Assembly (NCBI RefSeq): GCF_902713615.1
Contig: NC_052154.1
Coordinates: 80,889,072-80,953,071 of the forward strand
Direction of reading: 5' to 3'
Length of the DNA: 64,000 nucleotides
Origin: Scyliorhinus canicula
Taxonomy: Eukaryota
In this document: in pieces, positions 29,713 through 42,258 of the stretch
Layout of the letters: each line of letters begins with the position of its first letter
How positions within the stretch are numbered: position 1 is the first letter of the stretch
Notes under the pieces: model-generated
The model's database searches: none
What the model was told of the DNA's origin: nothing
Seen by the model: the letters and a program-made list of their open reading frames with translations, nothing else
Position numbers and translations under genes: made by a program

Positions 29713-32700
29713 AGAATAAAGGGATTAAGGGTTATGGTGTTCGGGCCGGAAAGTGGAGCTGAGTCCACAAAAGATCAGCCATGATCTCATTGAATGGCGG
29801 AGCAGGCTCGAGTGGCCAGATGGCCTACTCCTGCTCCTAGTTCTTATGTTCTTATGAACGGACCTTCGCTGGACAACCTCAATAGCAAGAATGCCCTTCC
29901 TCAAGCTGGAAGACCCAATACTCAAGGTGTGGTCCCATCAAGGCCCTGTATAACTGCAGCAAGGCACCCCTATGCCTGTATTCAGATCCTCTCACTATGA
30001 AGGCCAGATTGCTATTAGCTTTCCTGACGGCCTGCTGTACCTGCATGCCAAACATCAGCGACTGTTCCACCAGGACACCCTGGTGTTGTCACACTTCCCC
30101 TTTTCATAAACTGTCACAATTCAGATAATAATCTCCCTTCCGTTTTAGTCACCAAAGTGGAAAACCTCTGATTTAACCACATAATGTTGTATTTGCCAAG
30201 TATTTGCCCACTCAGCCAGTCAGTCCAAGTCACCCTGCAGCCTCTTGGCATCCTCCTCACAGGACACATTGCCACCCAGCTTAGTGTCATCTGTAAATTT
30301 GGAGATATTGCATGCAATTCCTTTGTCCAAATCATTAATGTTTATTATGAACAGCTGGGGTCCAAGTATTGAAACCTACGATACCCTACTAGTCGCTGCC
30401 TGGCGCTCTGAAAGGGGCCCATTTATTCCCACTCTCTGCTTTCTGTCTGCCAACCGTGTCTCTATCCACGACAATACATTACCCCAATGTCATGAGCTTC
30501 AATTCTGCTCATTAAGCTCTTGTGTGGGACCTTGTCCAAAGTTTTCTGAAAGTCCAGGTACACAACATCCACTGGTTCAGCCTTGTACACTATGCTGGTC
30601 ACATTCTCAAACAATTCCAGAAATTGTAGCAAGCATGGTTTCTCTTTAGTGAATCCATGCTGACTTGGAGTGATCATGCCCCCGCTTTTCAAATGCTCAG
30701 TTATTTCATCCTTACTAATTGACTCCATCATTTCCCCCACATACCGATGTCAGCCTAACTGGTCGATAATTCCCTGTGTTCTCTCTCCCTCGTTTTTTTA
30801 AGTGCGTGGTTACCCTTTAATCCATTGGAACACTTCCAGAGTCTATAGAATGCTGGAAAATGATCAGCAATGCGTCCGCTGTATCTCGGGCCACGTCTTT
30901 AAGTAATCTGGATGTAGAGCATCAAGCCCTGGGGAAGTATCGGGTTTTAATCCCATCAATTTCAACAATACATTTTACTGACTAATATGGATTTCCTCCA
31001 GTTCCGCCTTCAAGCTAGACCCTCTGTCTCCTAGTATTTTTGGAAGGTTATTTGTGTCTTCCTTGATGAAGACAAATCCAAAGTATTTTTCAACTGGTCT
31101 GCGATCTCTTTGTTGTCCATTATGAGTTCACCTGATTCTAACTTTAAGGGACCTACATTTGGCTTCACCAGTCATTTCCCCTTCACATATCTATAGAAGA
31201 TTTTGAAGTCAGTTTTTATGTTTTATGCAAGTCTATTCTCGTATTCTGTTTTCCCCTTCTGAAATAACACTTTTTCCTCCTCTGCTGAATTTAAATTTCT
31301 CCCGGTCCTCAGGCTAGCTGCTTTTTCTGGACAATTTATATGCCTCCTCTTTTGCTTTGGCACTATCCCTGATTTCCCTTGTTATCCATGGTTGAGCCAC
31401 TTTCCCCATTTTACTGGTGCGCCAGGGATGTACAATTTTTGAAGTTCTTCCATGTGTTCTTTAATTGTGTGCCATTGTTTATCCCCTGTCAACCCCTTAA
31501 GTATCCATTGCCAGCTTATCCTAGCCAACGCACGTCTCATACCATTAAATTTAGCTTTCTTTAATTTCAGGACCATTTTCTCAGACGTAACTGTGTCACT
31601 CTCCATCGTACTGAAGAATTCTACCATATTATGGTCACTCTTCCCCAAAGGATCTCGCACCACAACATTGCTAATTAATCCTCTCTCATTGCACAATGAG
31701 TTGTGCCCTCCAGTTGGCCCCTCGACAAATTGGACGAGAAAACCATCAATTATACATTCCAAGAAACCATTCTCCATTCCATTGCTACCAGTTTTATTAG
31801 CCCAATCAATGTACATATTGAAGTCACCCACAATAACTGTTGTACCCTTAATGCACACATCTCTAATTTTCTGTTGGATCCATCCCAAACCTCACAACTA
31901 CTGTTTGGTGGTCTGTACACAACTCCTACGAAGGCGTTTTGCCCTTTGGTGTTCTACAACTCCTGCATTCAGATTCCACATCATCCAGGCTAAAGCTGTT
32001 CCTTACTATTACATTTATCTCATCTTTAATCTGCAACGCTACAAATCTCTCTTTCCTTTCCTTCTATCTTTCCTGTATATTGAATACCCGTGGATGTTGA
32101 GTTCTGATTATTAGTTACCCTGGAGCCAGGTTTTCATGATCCCAATTACACCATATCCGTTAATGATTGCCAGCGTAGTTCATTCAACAACCCTATTACA
32201 AATACTCCTCGAATTGAGACAGAGAACGTTCAGGCTTTAAAAAAACCCCAAAACATTTATTGCCCTTGTAGAATTATGTTGTAATGTGACCCTTTTTGAT
32301 TTTTTTCTTTGGCTTCTCTGCCTTTCACTGTTCCATATACTGCCTTTTGTTTCTGTCCCCACTTTCTTTCCCACCGACTTCCTGCATCAGTTCCCATCTC
32401 CCTGTCATATTGCTTTAAACCCTCCCCAATAGCACAAAGAAAGACTCCCCCTCAGAAATTGGTTCTAGTTCTGGTCCCACGTTCTGCAGAACTGGTTCCA
32501 ATGTTGCAGGAATTTGAATCCCTCCCTCTTGCACCATCCTTCAAGCCATGCATTCATCTTAGCTATCCTACCATTCTTACTCTGACTAGCCCGTGGCACT
32601 GGTAGCAATCCTGATATTACTATCTTGGAGGTCCTGCTTTTTATTTTAACTCTGAAGTCCACAAATTCAGCTTGTCGGACCTCATCTCGTTTTTTTAAAC

Positions 32701-33079
32701 CTATATCGCTGGTGCCTGCACGCACCACAGCAGCTGGCTGTTCATCCGCCCCCTCCAGAATGCCCTGAAGCTGCTTCTAAATATCCTTGACCCTTGCACC
32801 AGGGATGCAACACACCATCCAGAGTCACGTTGCGACCACAGAAACGCCCAACTATTCCCCTTACAGTTGAATCCCCTATCAATATAGTCCACGCTTTTTC
32901 CAGCCCTCTCATGCAGCAGAGCCTCCCACGGTGCCATGAGTGTGGCTGCTGCCGCCCTCCCCTGGTGAGCCACCTCCCCCAACAGTATCCAAAAGTGTAT
33001 ATATGTTTTGGAGAGTGATTACCGCAGGGGAGCCCTGCCAGGTCTTCCTGTTCTCCCTCTGTCATGTGGTCATCTATTC

Positions 33080-34230
33080 CCTATCTCACATAGCAGATTA
33101 ATGTGTAAGGTTAATATGTGGGGGATTAATGGTAGTGTCTTGAGATGGTCTTCCTGGTTAGCAGACAAGAAGCAAAAAATTGGAATAAATAGTTTTTTTC
33201 TGATTGCCAGGCAATGATTAGTGACTAGGGATTTGTGCTAGGACCCGAACTGTTCATATTATTTATTAATGATTTAGACGACGGGAATAAATGTCTTCTC
33301 TCCAAATTTGCAGATGATACAAATTTGGGTGGGCGGGTGAGCTGTCAGGAGGATGCAAAGATGGTTCAGTGGCATTTGGACAGGCTGATCGAAGAGACAC
33401 ATGCATGGAAGATGTAATATAAAGTGGATAAATTTGAGGTTATCCACTTTGGGAGCAAAAATAGGAAGGCAGATAATTATTTGAAAGGGTGTTAATTGAG
33501 AGAGGTGGGTACTCAATGAGACTTTGGTGTCCTTGTGTATCAGTCACTGAAAGGATGTTTGCAGGTACATCAGGCAGTAATGAAGGCAAATTGTATTTTG
33601 GCCTTCATAGAGAGAGGAGTTGAGTATAGGAATAGAGATGTTTTACTGCAATTGTATGGGGCATTAGTGAGGACACACCTGGAGTATTGTGTGCAGTTTT
33701 GGTGTCCTTATCTGAGGATGGAATTTCTTGCTGTGGAGAGTGTGCTGTGAAGATTTACCAGGCTTATTCCTGGGATGACGGGACTGTTATATGAGGAGAG
33801 ATTAAGTCAGTAAGGATTATATTCAATGGTGTTTAGAAGAGTGAGAGGGGATCTCATAGAAACCTACAAAATTCTAACAGGATTAGACATGGTAGATTGA
33901 GAAATAATGTTCCCGATGGTGGGTTATCCAGAACTAGTGGTCATAGTTTGAGGATGAAGGGTCAACCTTTTAGAACTAAGGTGAGGAGAAATGTCTTCAC
34001 CCAGAGAGTGGTGAAACTGTGGAATGCGCTACCACAGAAAGTAGTTGAGGTTAAAACACTGTGTAATTTCAAGAAGGAATTAGATATAGCTTTGGGGGCT
34101 AAAGGGATCAAGGGATATGGGGGAGGTGGTTTCAGAGAATTCAACTTGATGTTCAGCCATGACCTTAATGAATGTCGGAGCAGGCGCAAAGAGTTAAATG
34201 CGCTCCTCCTGCTTCCATTTTCTATGTTTC
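33080..34230 (+). mobile_element. Degraded CR1 RT to 3' end
   Basis: LGPELFILFINDLD...SKFADDT, LVRTHLEYCVQFW and CR1 3'UTR, with stops and frameshifts. Confidence 0.85.
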
Positions 34231-34327
34231 TATTGTTCCGTCAATATGGGGACCAAAGGAGTTCACAGTATTCCAGGTGTGGACTAAATAGTGCCTTGTA
34301 TACTTTTAACAGGACTTCCCCATTTAG

Positions 34328-34700
34328 GAGGAGGGAAAAGACAGGGAACAATAGAGGACAACCAGGGAGGCGGGGGTGGGGGGGGGGGGGGGGGGCGGGA
34401 GACAGGAAAACGTTAACCAACCTGACATCCACAGGAACAGAGAAAAAGGAGAACACAGGCAGAGGACGGGAGGGCCGGATGAAGTGGCAGCATGACGAGA
34501 AGACAACGGCGGTGAAATCCGACTGGGAGAAGCGACGGGCAACACAGGTACAAGACCCACTTGAGGATTACCCTCCAGACGTGCCTCGCTGGCATGAACG
34601 GCTGCCTACTTACGTATATATAGATATATCATATCCTGTGTAAATAATGGCAAAATATACTCTGCAAAAATCCAGTAAAATACTTAATATATATATACGC
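34328..34700 (+). mobile_element. L1 3'UTR remnant inserted in a minus-strand CR1 fragment
   Basis: Resembles the reverse complement of the L1 3'UTR at 43500-43900; ends in an A-rich tail. Confidence 0.55.
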
Positions 34701-35759
34701 AATTCCCTTTGAAATAAGGCCAACTTTCCATTTGCCTTCCCAATTTCCTGCTGAACTCACATACTAGATTTTCGTGATTTAAGCACGAGGACCGCCAAAT
34801 ATCTCTGTGCTGTAGTTATCATAGAATCATTGAATCGTAGAATTTACAGTGCAGAAGGAGGCCATTCGGCCCATAGAATCTGCAGTAGCTCTTGGAAAGA
34901 GCACCATACCGAAGCCCACACCCACATCCTATCCCTGTAACCCCGTATCCCCACCTGCAGTCTTTCTCCATTTAAATAATATTCAACTCCTTTATTCTTC
35001 CTACCACGGTGCATAACTTCACATTTTCTGACATTGTATTCCATCTGCCAAATCTTTGGCCACTGGTCTATAGTTAGTTGTTTTTTTGTCTCCCTCCCTT
35101 TTTAAATAAAGATGCTACATTGGCAGTTTTCCAAACCTCTGGGATATTTTCAGCATTTAAGAATCCCTAGAATCTCTGGTTCAGTGCTATGTGCTCAAGT
35201 GCATACCTGGATCTGCACCACGCGCGTTTACAAACGGAAATACCAATCTAGTTAAAGTGTGAAGGTGTACATGCGAAACAGTGGGAACAACAAGTTACAG
35301 ACAGGGTTATGCAATCTCAGAGGCAGCCGATTGGAGACAATGCTCGTGCCTGCCACATCCTCGAGTGAAGGTGCTGGACAATCGACAAGTAATTGGAAGA
35401 GAATGCTGCATGGATATTCCCACCCTCGTTCTTCAAACTCTTCATAATCTTCACTGCATGAATGGCCCAGAAACAGGGCCTTCTTTTAATTTGAATCACT
35501 TCCCGTGACCTAGAAAATAGTTGAATGCATTGTAAAGTACAACAGAAGTTCATTTTCCCCAGCGTCTCATTCAGGTCGCACCCCAATGATGGCGAATCCC
35601 TTTAGGAAGTTCCGTTAGAGAAGTGCTACCTTCTTCTGTGCAATTGTGCTGAGGGGAAAAAAGCGATTTAAAGCTTCAACTTTGGGTTCTGACAGTTTTA
35701 GCCTAATAATTACTCGGGAAGACGTAGAGAAAAAAATGATAATTGGCCCATAAATTCCA

Positions 35760-35950
35760 GCTAGGGGCGGAAAGCCACGGGCCTCTGATATTTCTTTTTA
35801 CTTACCTCGTTGAAAAATCGCGATGGGGCGGAACAGAATGCGTAGGCCACAGTGCTGCAGGAGGAGTGCACCCTTTTGACGGTGCCAGATTTGGAACGCC
35901 CATGCAGGGCGTGCTGTAAAACAGTAGTTTTAAAGTGAAGCCAGGGAAAA
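35760..35950 (-). promoter_or_regulatory. Candidate CpG-rich promoter/first exon with a consensus minus-strand splice donor
   Basis: GGGGCGGAA motifs at about 35764 and 35826, non-repeat CpG-rich patch, CGAG|GTAAGT on the minus strand (donor 35805-35800). Confidence 0.3.
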
Positions 35951-38371
35951 GGATTTCCTGTTTTTATTCGGGAACTTGAATATTATTTTATCGTTCGTTT
36001 GGTATGTAAATTAAAAAGTTAATGCTTTGTTACTGGTTCCGTTAAATTGTAATTTTTAGTTTGATTATTCATGATTAATGTGTAATATTTATAAATGAAC
36101 ATACGTTTTGTTATTTGTTTCAAATCTATGAAACTACTCTGTAAATCGGCCATATTTTGTTCTCTAACTTTAACTGTGGCATGCTTAAAAGTTTTTGTAT
36201 GTTTTAATTTAAAATTTGGCAACTCCAAATGTTATCGTGAAGCGAAGGCAGAATGGCATGGGTAATGAGTTGAATACAGTATGTGTATTAACTAATTGTG
36301 AAAACAAAAATCCTGCTCTCTGACTATAAACTTTAAGAAATGGCATAATAGTGGTTCTGCCTGCGCAGTATTTGATGCGTCAGATGCAATCTAGACAGCA
36401 CCCTTTTTTTAAAACTCTTTTAAAAATCTCTTTTAAACTCTTTTTTAAAAGAGTTTATCAATTTCGAGACAGTTACATTTATTTTGTCTGTGGAAGTGAG
36501 AGGTGAATGATGTACGAAAGCCTTGAATTATTTTAAATCATGTTTTCTTTTTCTTTAAAAAATATAGCAAGTCCGTTGAATTGGGGACTTGAGAAGCCTC
36601 TGGATAGGTTAGGAGAGGATACTGCCGGTGGCACGAGCCAGAATATGGACCGATAAATATTACCAATATTTGTTTAAAGTCTGCTAATTTTCTGAGGTGT
36701 CATAAAATGCTGTCACCTTTTTAAATTGTTCTGTGCTGCTGGCCACTGACTTGATGCAAAATGTGTTTATAAACATCTGATTTTTTGATGGTGTTTGTCA
36801 TTAGTATTTTTCTGTCCTGTTTACATGAAATATGCCACTCAATTATAATCTAATATTTCAATGTGTCTTGATGTTTGATTAAAAAACTTGCAGCACTTTA
36901 TATAGTTTAATCGGAAACAGTAATTAGCAAATCTACGGTTATAAATACAAAACTTTGATACCATGTTAATCTATCAGCTGCAGTATGACATTCTGTTTAA
37001 CAACTGCCCAAAATGTTTCCAAATTTCTTGCAATAAAACATTTTTTTCACTTTGACAAAATAATCGATAAATATATATATTTACTTAACACAACGCTTCC
37101 TTTTTTGCTTAATAAGGAAGGGACGGAAGGGCAGGAGGGGGGGGGGGGAGGGTGGATGAAGGGTTCAATGTCCAAAAGCATCTGCTGTCAAATGACCTGG
37201 AACACGACAAATCAAAGTTTAAAAATAGCTTGCTCCTGCTGGTGGTTGCAGATGCCTGGAGGCTGCTGTTTCAGTTTCCTTCCTTCCTAGAAAGAATGAC
37301 AATTATTTCTAAGATACCTGGGCCATGGAACACGGGACTCAGGGGACCTATGAGTCCAGAAGCAACAGGACGTGTGGGACCTGGTGCGCAATAGTGTTCC
37401 ACATTGGCCATCTGCTAACTCCGTGGAAAAAATGTTTAAAAACATATTTCTTTCTTTCACTTCATATGCATTTTAAACACCTTTATAAACACTGTTATAA
37501 AACGTTAACACACCATAAATATGTTCTCCGATACCTTCTGTCTCTCCATGATGACTGTAAATGGGAAAATCAGACTTTTTGTAACATTACTGTTATGTTT
37601 GACTTGTAGGTGATATTCTGAACATATATTTGCAAAGTCAACAAATCTGCTAATTTCCATTGCAAACTCCTCGCTAATCTTATCTCTTCTGTCCCTGCAA
37701 TCCTCACCCATTTCCTTGTTACATCCAGGCTTGACTACTCCTATCTAATCCGTCCCCTCTGCAACCCTAATGTTATCGAACAATTTGCTGCAAATTCTCA
37801 GATTCTCATCAAAATCTCTTATCGATCACCTCTGTGTTCGCTGATCTACCTCTGTTCCCAATCAAGCAATCACATTTAACATGCTTATTTTAGCTGCCCC
37901 CTCCTTACCTCCGTGATCTTCTCCAGCCATGTGGCTGTCGGAGGCCCCAATTTCGATTACTCCGAAATTGGCATCCGGCCCCCTGCTTGCAAAGCACCCA
38001 GCTCTCTAATTCCCTGCGTAAACCTTTCCGCCTCTCCACTTCATTTGATGAAATTTAATCACCCATGATATCTTCTTATGCGATTCTATAATGGTTCAAT
38101 GCCTTTGTACATGTTATTGCTTCAAACGCGCCATACAAATCAAGCTGTTGTTGTAAATGATCCAAATGAAAGTCAGGTTTTAACCATTACTGTTTTTGTT
38201 GGTCGGGCAACAGCTACCGAAGAGAACAAATGACAACTATTTCTGAGCCAATGGGTACAGGATGTCAAACGTCATTGCGGCAGGCTGATGTGAAATGCCC
38301 AGCAGACAATTCACACAGGCAAACACACGGTCCGTGCAGCCAGTTATCAGTTATTGAGCCTTTATCTTGCA

Positions 38372-38432
38372 ATGTCGTCGAATTCGATCTTTCTCTTCAT
38401 GTTGCTGACTCTCCCGATGATCATTTCAACAG
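38372..38432 (+). CDS. VJ-C1 Ig-superfamily receptor, exon 1 (signal peptide)
   Basis: MSSNSIFLFMLLTLPMIIST(G), phase-1 donor G|gtatcg. Confidence 0.85.
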
Positions 38433-38629
38433 GTATCGGAATGTCCTCTATCCCAGAGGTCATATTTAATAAAACGTTTTTCACCGTTCGCCCATCAGTT
38501 TTATTAGATGTAATCCGTCCGTCTGTTATCGTTTTTCTCCTTTGCGTTTCCCTGCAAATATGTGAAAAGTCTCTGGTTTCTTTTTCAATAAAATTAATTA
38601 ACACAAACCTCAAATATATTTGATAGCAG

Positions 38630-38950
38630 GTGCTCCAGCAACTTCGATCAGCGTGTCTCAAAGTCCCAAACAGGTATCTATATTAAGGGGGACAAACATC
38701 ACCTTCTACTGCATAATACCACTTTCTCATGGCAATGTCGGGGTCGAAGTGCGTTGGTGGAAACAAGGTGAGAATAAATATCTCGCAAATGGAGTCGATG
38801 GCAGAAAACGATTTGATCTCAAAAGCAAAGGAGGTGGTTTATTTGAGCTGCGAAACGCGACTCTCCAGGACTCGGGAATCTATCACTGCGGAGTGATCCG
38901 TGACGGAAAATATAGTGGAAATGGGACAGGATCCAGTTTAACTGTTTGGG
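38630..38950 (+). CDS. VJ-C1 receptor, exon 2: germline-joined VJ-type domain (NKp30-like)
   Basis: SVSQSP...FYC...VRWWKQ...DSGIYHC...GNGTGSSLTV. cag| acceptor, G|gtaagt donor, 321 bp, phase 1-1. Confidence 0.95.
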
Positions 38951-39444
38951 GTAAGTGAGCGGAATGGCGGGGAACATCAGATTTGTCGTTGTTCTTTTGT
39001 ACCACCTTTGATGTTATGAAATATGGTGCACAATGTATAGTTATGCAGCAGAACATGATATTTAATTCGGTGTGTTATTCCAAACTGCTGGAAGTACCCA
39101 GCAATTCAGGGAATATCTGTGGAGAGGGAGACAATGTTAAACCTCAGGTCTATAACTTTTTCAAGAGGAATGTTACCGGATTCATTCATAATACAATTTT
39201 TACACCAGGTTTAGCCTGAGGGTGGTCCACCGCACTCTAGATACCCCAACCAGAGGAACCAACCTCGCCTTGTCTACCCTGGCAACCACTTTAAGAATCT
39301 TGTATATTCTAAAGAAAACACCTCTGATTCTTCTTAAACCCGCACTCTGCCTGTGCGAGCCTCCAGAAATTACGAGAACTTCACTGTTCTTATCAGTGTC
39401 GACAGGTTGTTTGTTTCTCTCTGGGGGGCACGGCTGGCGGACCT

Positions 39445-39611
39445 TTTGTTACTGGGCTAAATAGCTGACTTGGAATGCAGAACAAGACAGCAGGGCGGGT
39501 TCAATTCGCCTACCGGCCTCCCCGAACAGGCGCCGGAACGTGGCGACTACGGGATTTTCACGGTAACTTCATTGAAGCCAACTTGAGACAATAAGCGATT
39601 ATTATTATTAA
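39445..39611 (+). mobile_element. Short tRNA-derived SINE (intron 2)
   Basis: Same family as 2147-2312. Confidence 0.8.
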
Positions 39612-39704
39612 CATAATGGGAAGAGAATGCGATACCATTTTCCTCTCAATCCTGATGGGTAACGTCTCTCCACTGACCTGATTTTCCTCATTTTCTGTTC
39701 GCAG

Positions 39705-40016
39705 CTGCACCAACTCCGTTAAAGATTCTCCTGAAGCCTCTCGCAAGTAAGCCATCTACGTCTCTGACTCTTGTGTGTCAAACGGCTGCGTTTTACCCGG
39801 ATGATTTGACCCTCCTTTGGTATAAAGATGGCACCAATATCACAGCTGAGATGAACCCAATTAAACAGCGGAACTCTGAAGGACTCTACGAAGTTTCCAG
39901 TTTTTTGGAGGAGCCGCAGCCTGTGCGGGACAAGGCTGTTTACATCTGTTTGGTCACTCACATCTCCCTCCCGACTCCCGCCATTGCCATCCACACTGTT
40001 ACCAACTCCTGCCCAG
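39705..40016 (+). CDS. VJ-C1 receptor, exon 3: C1-set domain
   Basis: LTLVCQTAAFYPDDLTLLWYKDG...NSEGLYEVSSFL...YICLVTH. ttttctgttcgcag| acceptor, G|gtatga donor, 312 bp, phase 1-1. Confidence 0.95.
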
Positions 40017-41238
40017 GTATGAGGCCAGCAGGTCAAGAAGCAATCTGCAAATTCTGAAAGGACCATTTATTGGAACTTATTGACATTAATAATAATAGAT
40101 ATAATTATAAAATACACTCCGCAAAATATAATATCTAAGGAAATCTTAACGGTTCCATGAAAACATTTGTTTAAATTTTTTTTTATAAAGGGAATGAGCA
40201 GGCGGATTTCCTCATCCATTCAATCATTTTACATGTTGTACATATAACTAAATTTGGGGCCACTTCTTAAACTGATATTATTGATCCCCAGTTTTACTAT
40301 TCCTCACACGAGTTTACAGAACATGAAGTGTCGATTTGCATCAGCGGCCTCACTGCGAACGGGTCAGAAGTCTGCTTTGTGGATAGTCCCTAATCTGACC
40401 ACTTTCTGCAGAACGGTCGTTTGGACCCGCAGCATTAACTCTGTTTCTCTCTGCCAGACTGTCTGAATTTATCCAGCATTTTCTGTTTTTATTTCTCTCC
40501 ATTCTTCAGCAGTTTGGAGCTGGGAAGAATTTCATATATTTCATTTCGGATTTGCTACCATTAAAAGCGGTTGAACATGTCTGATTACCGTCTAATTAAC
40601 AGGCAACCGAAATTAAATTTTAGGAAGATTTGTAAGCATTGCTTTTGAAGGGGATTTCCTTCCCTTTTTGGCGGGGTCTTCAGTTAATAAGCTGCCGATA
40701 ATTGATTAAAATTAAAAGAATAATTTGTTAAAATTAAATGAAAAACTATTCCGCTCAACCATGTCTGATTTGGCCCGATTAATCACCAAAACGTGGAAGA
40801 GCGGAAGAAAATTTAAGTACAAGGAAAGGCCTTTTTGACAATCGGAATGTTAACCCACGCCAATATTTAGGACATCCGAAACTGGTACTCTTCCTCGGAG
40901 ATTATTCTGACATTGTGCTATCCTTTCTGAAAACATATTACTTTTACGTGCAAATTATGATTGTAAATGTCATTATCCCTGGACTTCTGTAGATGAGTGT
41001 TTAATAAGAAGTACAATGCGAAACATAAATGTGTGAAATTTGATCCGGCTGCTTTTATTTGTTGACATAGAATCTGGAAAAATGAATTAATATTACCTTT
41101 AAATTATGCTTTCCCCAGACTGCCCTGCATAGTCGCTGCATAGATGAGCACTGGTTTACCTAATTCATTATCGCGAGAGCCAGGATAGGTAATGGCCGAA
41201 ACAAATTAACACTGAGCACCCACCATTTGCAATTGCAG

Positions 41239-41349
41239 ATTCTGCTGGTAAATATCGTTACCTCTGGGCTATTAGATGTACCGTGGGTGGATTGGTGTTT
41301 CTGGTGCTTATAATCATCATTGGAGCGGAATTCTGTTTGAAGAATAAGG
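41239..41349 (+). CDS. VJ-C1 receptor, exon 4: transmembrane exon with Arg
   Basis: DSAGKYRYLWAIRCTVGGLVFLVLIIIIGAEFCLKNK. ttgcag| acceptor, G|gtaagc donor, phase 1-1. Confidence 0.88.
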
Positions 41350-41904
41350 GTAAGCATTGGTTTGATTGTTTGATTTTGAGATAAATCTTCAAAATGAAGA
41401 TAAGGGCGTCCTCATAGCTTCACAAGGCCGTTAGAATGCAGAAGGATGATGCTATTCGGCCCATGGATTCTGCACTGGGTCCCTGAAAGTACATTCTCCT
41501 AATCCCACACTCTTCCGTTAGCCCCGTCACATTGCACGTCATTTCATTTCAGAAAACAATGTAATTCCCTTTTGAATACCCCGATTGAACCTGCCTCAAT
41601 CAACCTTTAAGGATGTTCGTTCCAGACATCAAAAATAATCCTCAGGTCACTTCTACTACTTTTCCCCATTATTTTGCATCTGTGCCCTCTTGTTCTTGTT
41701 ATACACCTCGAGGAAAACATTTCTCTCTATTTACCATGCTATTTACCACCCTCAGGACTTTGAATGACTTTCCGAACATACCTCTCAGCCTCCTTTTTCC
41801 AACGCAAACAGACCCAATCTCTTTCATCTATATTCAAAGCTCCAACTGTGTATCTCTGGAATTATTCTTGAGAATGGCCCGAGCAGATTGACACTTAAAG
41901 GGTA

Positions 41905-42258
41905 CTGCGAGGCCCGGATAGAGTGGACGTGGAGAGGATGTTTCCTCTTGCACGAAAAACTGGAACCAGAGGACTCCATCTCAGACTAAAGGGGCGATCC
42001 TTTAGAACAGAGATGAAGAGGGATTTCTTCAGCCAGAGGGTGGTGAATCTGTGGAACTCTTTGTCACAGAAGGTGGTGGAGGTTAAATCACTGAGTGTCT
42101 TTAAGACAGAGATAGATATGTTCTTGATTAATAAGGGGATGAGGGGTTATGAAGAGAAGACAGGAGAATCGAGATGGGAAAATATCAGCCATGACTGAAT
42201 GGCGGAGCAGACGCGATGAACTGAGTGGCCTAATTCTGCTCCTATGTCTTATGGTCTA
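41905..42258 (+). mobile_element. CR1 3' end
   Basis: DVERMFPLARKTGTRG...FFSQRVVNLWNSL and a cctatgtcttatgg tail. Confidence 0.85.

Larger units (their letters stand above)
18361..29856 (+). mobile_element. Young 5'-truncated CR1 (18361-18452 + 28261-29856), interrupted by the LTR element
   Basis: Removing the LTR element and one GGCT restores KEVVMGKLMGLKVDK. The element ends in a (ttcttatg)2 tail at 29841-29856. Confidence 0.92.
18070..33070 (-). mobile_element. Older, degraded near-full-length CR1 (pieces 18070-18360 and 29857-33070), split by nested insertions
   Basis: Minus-strand RT C-terminus (LERLGLYSLEFKRMRGDL), RT, endonuclease (VGDFN...SDHNMVEF) and ORF1 esterase (MNAWLEGWC) remnants. 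tagtctggtgaac at 18360 rejoins with ...ccttcgctggac after 29856. Confidence 0.8.

Noticed and set aside
39029-39035. RSS-like heptamer CACAATG after the V exon
   Set aside because: It is 79 nt from the exon end with no nonamer at 12 or 23 bp, and the J-like strand is already within the exon.
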